28,901 bases of DNA from Akkermansia muciniphila (GTDB lineage: Bacteria > Verrucomicrobiota > Verrucomicrobiia > Limisphaerales > UBA9464), in contig CAMCFL010000001.1 of assembly GCA_945873715.1 (NCBI GenBank), positions 1 through 28,901 on the forward strand. Direction: 5' to 3'. The notes under the pieces are model-generated. The model was given only the letters and a program-made list of their open reading frames with translations. It was not told the origin of the DNA and searched no databases. Numbering within the stretch: position 1 is the stretch's first letter; each line of letters begins with the position of its first letter. Positions 24,115 to 28,901 of the stretch are shown here, piece by piece. The translations under genes and the position numbers were made by a program.

Positions 24115-25035
24115 ATGAGCATCGACAGCAAATCCACCGATTCAGCCAACCCCCTCCAGAGCCTCGAGGAGTGGGAAGACTTCGTGAAGGAACGTTATCC
24201 CGAGCCCGGACAACCCGCCCACGACGCCAGCCGCAAGCCTGCCGTCGGATACGCCCCGGACAAGACGGAGACCGAGTTCCGCAACTACGAGGCCGATGCC
24301 CGGCCGACCGTCCGCGAGTTCTATCGGTTGAACCATCTGCACCAGACCTACGAGTTCGGCCTGGCCAAACGACGCGAATTTCTCGGTCTGAACCGGATGC
24401 AGATGAGCGTCTGGGAGGCAGCGGAATACCTCAACAAGCTCGTCGATGACAGTGATCCGGACACCGACATGTCCCAGCTGGAGCACCTGCTCCAGACGGC
24501 CGAGCAACTTCGCCGCGACGGCAAGCCCCGCTGGATGATCCTGACCGGGTTCGTCCATGATCTCGGCAAGATCCTCTGCCTTTGGGATGAGCCCCAATGG
24601 GCGGTGGTGGGCGATACCTTCCCGACCGGCTGCGCCTACTCGAACAAGATCGTTTTCCCCCGCTTCTTCGAAGCCAACCCGGATTCGCAGGATGCCCGGT
24701 TCCAGACCCGTAACGGGGTGTACGAAGAGGGCTGTGGCCTGGATGCCGTGAACCTGTCGTGGGGTCACGACGAGTACATCTACCACGTCTGCAAGGATTA
24801 CCTCCCGATCGAAGGGCTCTACATGCTGCGGTACCACTCGTTCTACCCGTGGCATCGCGAGGGCGAATACGATCACCTGTGCAATGATCAGGATCGCCGC
24901 CTGCTGGCCGCCGTGAAGGATTTCAATCCATACGACCTCTACACGAAGAGCCACACCAAGCCGGATTCCCAGGCTCTCCGCCCCTTCTACGAGGAACTCA
25001 TCCGCGAGTACTTCCCGGCGAAGATCCGCTGGTAG
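24115..25035 (+). CDS. miox: myo-Inositol oxygenase family (HD-type di-iron oxygenase)
   Basis: VDDSDPDTD, EHLLQTAE, HDLGK, QWAVVGDTFPTGC, LSWGHDEY, RYHSFYPWH and FNPYDLYTK are MIOX-family motifs. Confidence 0.9.
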   Translation: MSIDSKSTDSANPLQSLEEWEDFVKERYPEPGQPAHDASRKPAVGYAPDKTETEFRNYEADARPTVREFYRLNHLHQTYEFGLAKRREFLGLNRMQMSVWEAAEYLNKLVDDSDPDTDMSQLEHLLQTAEQLRRDGKPRWMILTGFVHDLGKILCLWDEPQWAVVGDTFPTGCAYSNKIVFPRFFEANPDSQDARFQTRNGVYEEGCGLDAVNLSWGHDEYIYHVCKDYLPIEGLYMLRYHSFYPWHREGEYDHLCNDQDRRLLAAVKDFNPYDLYTKSHTKPDSQALRPFYEELIREYFPAKIRW

Positions 25036-25037
25036 GC

Positions 25038-25151
25038 AGGCGCCTCTTGAGTTGGTTGTCACGGTGGTAGGCCCGCTGCCCTCAGCGGGCGTTGCCTCAT
25101 CGCCGCCTGAGGACAGGCGGCCTACATCCATGACCAACTCAGGAGGTACCC
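25038..25151. mobile_element. 114-bp MITE/REPIN composite element with eroded TSD
   Basis: 29+59+26 nt layout. Flanks CTGGTAGGC (25029-25037) and TTGGTAAGC (25152-25160) match at 7/9. Confidence 0.85.
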
Positions 25152-25214
25152 TTGGTAAGCGCGGGCCCCACAGAAGACTTGAATCTGCCGTCCACCCCGG
25201 AACACTCCGCGCCC

Positions 25215-25541
25215 ATGTCCATTCCGTCCGAATTCAACAACGTCACGGCGGTCACCAAGGCCAACGTCTACTTCGACGGCCACGTCGTCTCCCACAGCCT
25301 CCTCTTTGCCGATGGCTCGAAGAAGACCCTCGGCCTGATCTACCCCGGCAAATACCACTTCGGCACCGACAAGGCCGAACGCATGGAGATCGTCGCCGGT
25401 GCCTGCTCCGTGAAGATCGATGGCTCGTCCACGCTGACGACCTACGCCGCCGGAGCCCATTTCGATGTCCCCGCCAAGTCCGGCTTCGACATCGAAGTGA
25501 CCTCGGGCATCGCAGAGTACATCTGCTCGTTCATCGGGTAG
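25215..25541 (+). CDS. ppnP: Pyrimidine/purine nucleoside phosphorylase (DUF1255)
   Basis: KANVYFDG.V.S, DGSKKTLG.I.PG.YHFGT...E.MEI, and F.VPA.S.F...EYICSF. 108 aa from ATG 25215. Confidence 0.88.
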   Translation: MSIPSEFNNVTAVTKANVYFDGHVVSHSLLFADGSKKTLGLIYPGKYHFGTDKAERMEIVAGACSVKIDGSSTLTTYAAGAHFDVPAKSGFDIEVTSGIAEYICSFIG

Positions 25542-25580
25542 GCGCTTTGGCTGCAGGCCCGCTGCCCCTCCATCGGAGAA

Positions 25581-25611
25581 GATCAGACTGATCGGACTGA
25601 TCAGTCTGATC
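25581..25611. repeat. Palindromic 9-mer tandem (GATCAGACT)n
   Basis: GATCAGACTGATC-GGACT-GATCAGTCTGATC, a perfect 13-bp inverted repeat. A REP fragment lies just upstream at 25553-25570. Confidence 0.8.
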
Positions 25612-25613
25612 GA

Positions 25614-25718
25614 GGGTGCATCTTGACACTGCCCCCGCCGGAAGCCGCGGGTGTGCTCTACGCCGGAGGCGTACCGCACACCCGCGGTCTCAGGCGGGGG
25701 CAATCTCAAGATCCGCCC
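25614..25718. mobile_element. 105-bp MITE-like element with the same termini as the 114-bp family but a different internal hairpin
   Basis: GGGTGCATCTTGA...TCAAGATCCGCCC ends. Nested stems at 25630-39/25693-702, 25645-56/25676-87 and 25659-64/25668-73. Confidence 0.65.
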
Positions 25719-25790
25719 GATCCGCCCGATCCGCAAACCGCGCTTGCCTTCCACGGGACGTTCTGCGATTCACTCGCCCGCTCTGGTTAC

Positions 25791-25866
25791 GGGGTCTTAG
25801 CTCAGTTGGTAGAGCGTCTCGTTCGCAATGAGAAGGTCAGGGGTTCGAATCCCCTAGGCTCCACCA
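25791..25866 (+). tRNA. tRNA-Ala(CGC)
   Basis: 76-nt cloverleaf with acceptor stem GGGGTCT/AGGCTCC containing G3:U70, anticodon loop TT-CGC-AA, T-loop TTCGAAT, discriminator A and encoded CCA. Confidence 0.97.
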
Positions 25867-25936
25867 TCCAGACCAGAGCGTTCCCCTTTCTTCCTTCTCC
25901 GTCAGACGGTTTCGGCCGGAAGCTCCGGTTCCTCCG

Positions 25937-27055
25937 TCAATCCCCCGCCCCCAGCACGCGATCATAAATCCGGTAGCGTCGGGTGATCTTCGCCCCGAAC
26001 AACGCCGCCAACTGGTGCACCGGCTGATTGTCGTCGAGCACCCACGACGCCTCGCATCCGGTGTAGCCCATCGCCTGCGCCGCCATCAGCGTTTCGGCGA
26101 ACATCCAGCCTTCGAGCCCCCGGCCGCGGTACTGCTCCAGAACCCCCAGTGCGATCAGGCGGAACCGGGTCGGCCGACGCCACCCAAGGAGCATCGGCAG
26201 CGCCCCGAACAGCGCGGGCGTCAGCAGGCTTCCCTTCAACGGCCCCAGCGCCTCGTTCAGGTCCGGGACCGCCAGCAGCAGACCGGCGGGTTCACCCTTC
26301 ACCGAGGCCAGCCAGACAAACCCCTGCACCAGCAACGGCTCGAGGCGTTCCGCCAGGAAATCGATTTCCTCCGCCGACATGGGAACGGCCGACCAATTGC
26401 GTTCCCAGGCCGAGTTGTAGATCCGTTTCAGATCGGGCAGATCCGACTTCAAGGTCTTCTTGGTGATCGCCCGTAGCTCGACGCCCGCCGAGCGCCGACG
26501 CAGCCCGTTGCGAAGGCGGACCAATCGTTCCAGCGGGCTGTCGGAAAGCAGCATGTCGAAGGCGACCAGATCCTTCGACTGGACGTACCCGGCCCCTTCG
26601 ACGAGCGAGCCGTAGTAAGGAGGATTGAAGGGCATCATCACGGCGTTGGGCCGGTCAAAGCCCTCGATCAACAGGCCGCACTCCTCGTTGATGCTCGGGT
26701 TCATCGGGCCGCGCACCCGCGTGGCTCCGCGTTCGGTGGCCCACCGTCCCGCCTGATCCAGCAACGCCTTCGCCACCGCCGGTTCGTTCACCGACTCGAA
26801 GAACCCGAAGAACGCACAGCGCTCGCCGTGCTCCCGCTCGTGCTGGTGATCCAGGATCGCGGCGATCCGCCCCACCGGCCGGCCCTCCCGCCAGGCGATC
26901 CACAACGCGCGCTCCGCGTGTTGCCAGAAGGGATTGGCGTCCGACAGCACCTTGGCGATCTCCATCCGCAGCGGCAGGACACAGTGGGGTTCCCTTCCGG
27001 AAAGCTCTGTCTGAACCCGACAGAAACGGTCCAGGTCCCGTCCGGAAACCGTCAT
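25937..27055 (-). CDS. GNAT-family N-acetyltransferase (YghO-like, two-lobed)
   Basis: NPFWQH, VGRIAA, FGFFES, RGPMNPSINEECGLL.EGF, MPFNPPYY, RGRGL and EASWVLDDN. The start is uncertain (ATG 27055 or GTG 27112); the ORF-track ATG at 27160 lies in the MITE end. Confidence 0.85.
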   Translation of the reverse strand: MTVSGRDLDRFCRVQTELSGREPHCVLPLRMEIAKVLSDANPFWQHAERALWIAWREGRPVGRIAAILDHQHEREHGERCAFFGFFESVNEPAVAKALLDQAGRWATERGATRVRGPMNPSINEECGLLIEGFDRPNAVMMPFNPPYYGSLVEGAGYVQSKDLVAFDMLLSDSPLERLVRLRNGLRRRSAGVELRAITKKTLKSDLPDLKRIYNSAWERNWSAVPMSAEEIDFLAERLEPLLVQGFVWLASVKGEPAGLLLAVPDLNEALGPLKGSLLTPALFGALPMLLGWRRPTRFRLIALGVLEQYRGRGLEGWMFAETLMAAQAMGYTGCEASWVLDDNQPVHQLAALFGAKITRRYRIYDRVLGAGD

Positions 27056-27152
27056 CAAACGGACTTCCAGGGCACGAGTGTCTTCAGCAGGTCTTGAACA
27101 GGTCGAAACCACGGCGCAGTTCTGCCACAGAACGAACGCAATGTGGAGGATG

Positions 27153-27266
27153 GGGTGCATCTTGAGTGGGTCAGGGATGTAGGCCGCCTGCCCTCAGGCG
27201 GCGATGTGAAAGCGCCCGCTGAGGGCAGCGGGCCTACATGCGTGACCACAAACTCAGGATGCCCCC
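27153..27266. mobile_element. 114-bp MITE/REPIN composite element
   Basis: GGGTGCATCTTGAG...CTCAGGATGCCCCC with an intact core at 27179-27237. No TSD is recognisable. Confidence 0.85.
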
Positions 27267-27332
27267 CTGCAGCGCGCTGGCACCGGCAACAGGATTGACA
27301 CCGGGGGGCGGTCGGCGGGACTTTCGGGAATC

Positions 27333-28712
<1,380 letters not shown>

Positions 28713-28768
28713 TCCCCACCCCGCCCGCGGCACCCCCACCACCCGGGGGTGCCCGGCGGCCCCTTCCC

Positions 28769-28901
28769 GTAGGCGTCGACGTCAGGAGACTCTGACTTCC
28801 GTTCGATCGTCCCCTCGGCCTTCGCACGTTCCCCACCCGATTGAAGTGAGCCTCGTCACCTCGTCACCTTCGGGTAGGCGTCGACGTAAGGAGACTCTGA
28901 C
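28769..28901. repeat. Second BIME-like array of the 24-bp GTAG REP (truncated by the window end)
   Basis: GTAGGCGTCGACGTCAGGAGACTC at 28769-28792, a degenerate reverse unit at 28848-28871, and a forward unit at 28874-28897. Same family and linker B as 17145-17634. Confidence 0.85.

Noticed and set aside
25791-25936. tRNA-Ala as an integration site for a genomic island
   Set aside because: No integrase and no duplicated tRNA 3' end is visible in the window.
27295-27324. TTGACA as the promoter of the Tat oxidoreductase
   Set aside because: The -35 is perfect, but the hexamer at 17-18 nt spacing (GGACTT or GACTTT) is too poor to call.
28729-28753. GGCACCCCC/GGGGGTGCC hairpin as a terminator
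   Set aside because: A 9-bp stem is present but there is no U-tract, so the function cannot be supported.

Overview
High-GC bacterial chromosomal window, most likely Verrucomicrobiota (inferred from an H-X9-DG prepilin, a propeller/methyltransferase-like/propeller protein and secreted proteins ending in an F/W-Y/F-R tail). It holds about 22 credible CDSs and one tRNA-Ala(CGC). The genes include two large secreted proteins with a shared C-terminal domain, a TPR-LysM lipoprotein, an XdhC_C-GNAT fusion coupled to an ABC exporter whose ATPase lacks its expected stop codon, and an orphan SMI1/KNR4-like protein. Also present are an FKBP, TPR plus PilT, a prepilin cassette, and a Gfo/Idh/MocA, PIG-L deacetylase and myo-inositol oxygenase cluster, followed by ppnP. 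The most striking signal is non-coding: nearly every intergenic gap carries palindromic repeats from at least five families. The dominant one is a 114-bp composite element (9 copies plus a fragment) with GGGTGCATCTTGAG-type terminal inverted repeats, a 9-bp target-site duplication, and a core of two inverted GTAG-REP hairpins. A second element has the same ends but different cargo. No transposase or RAYT gene is in the window. All family assignments come from motif recognition by eye; no database searches were run.
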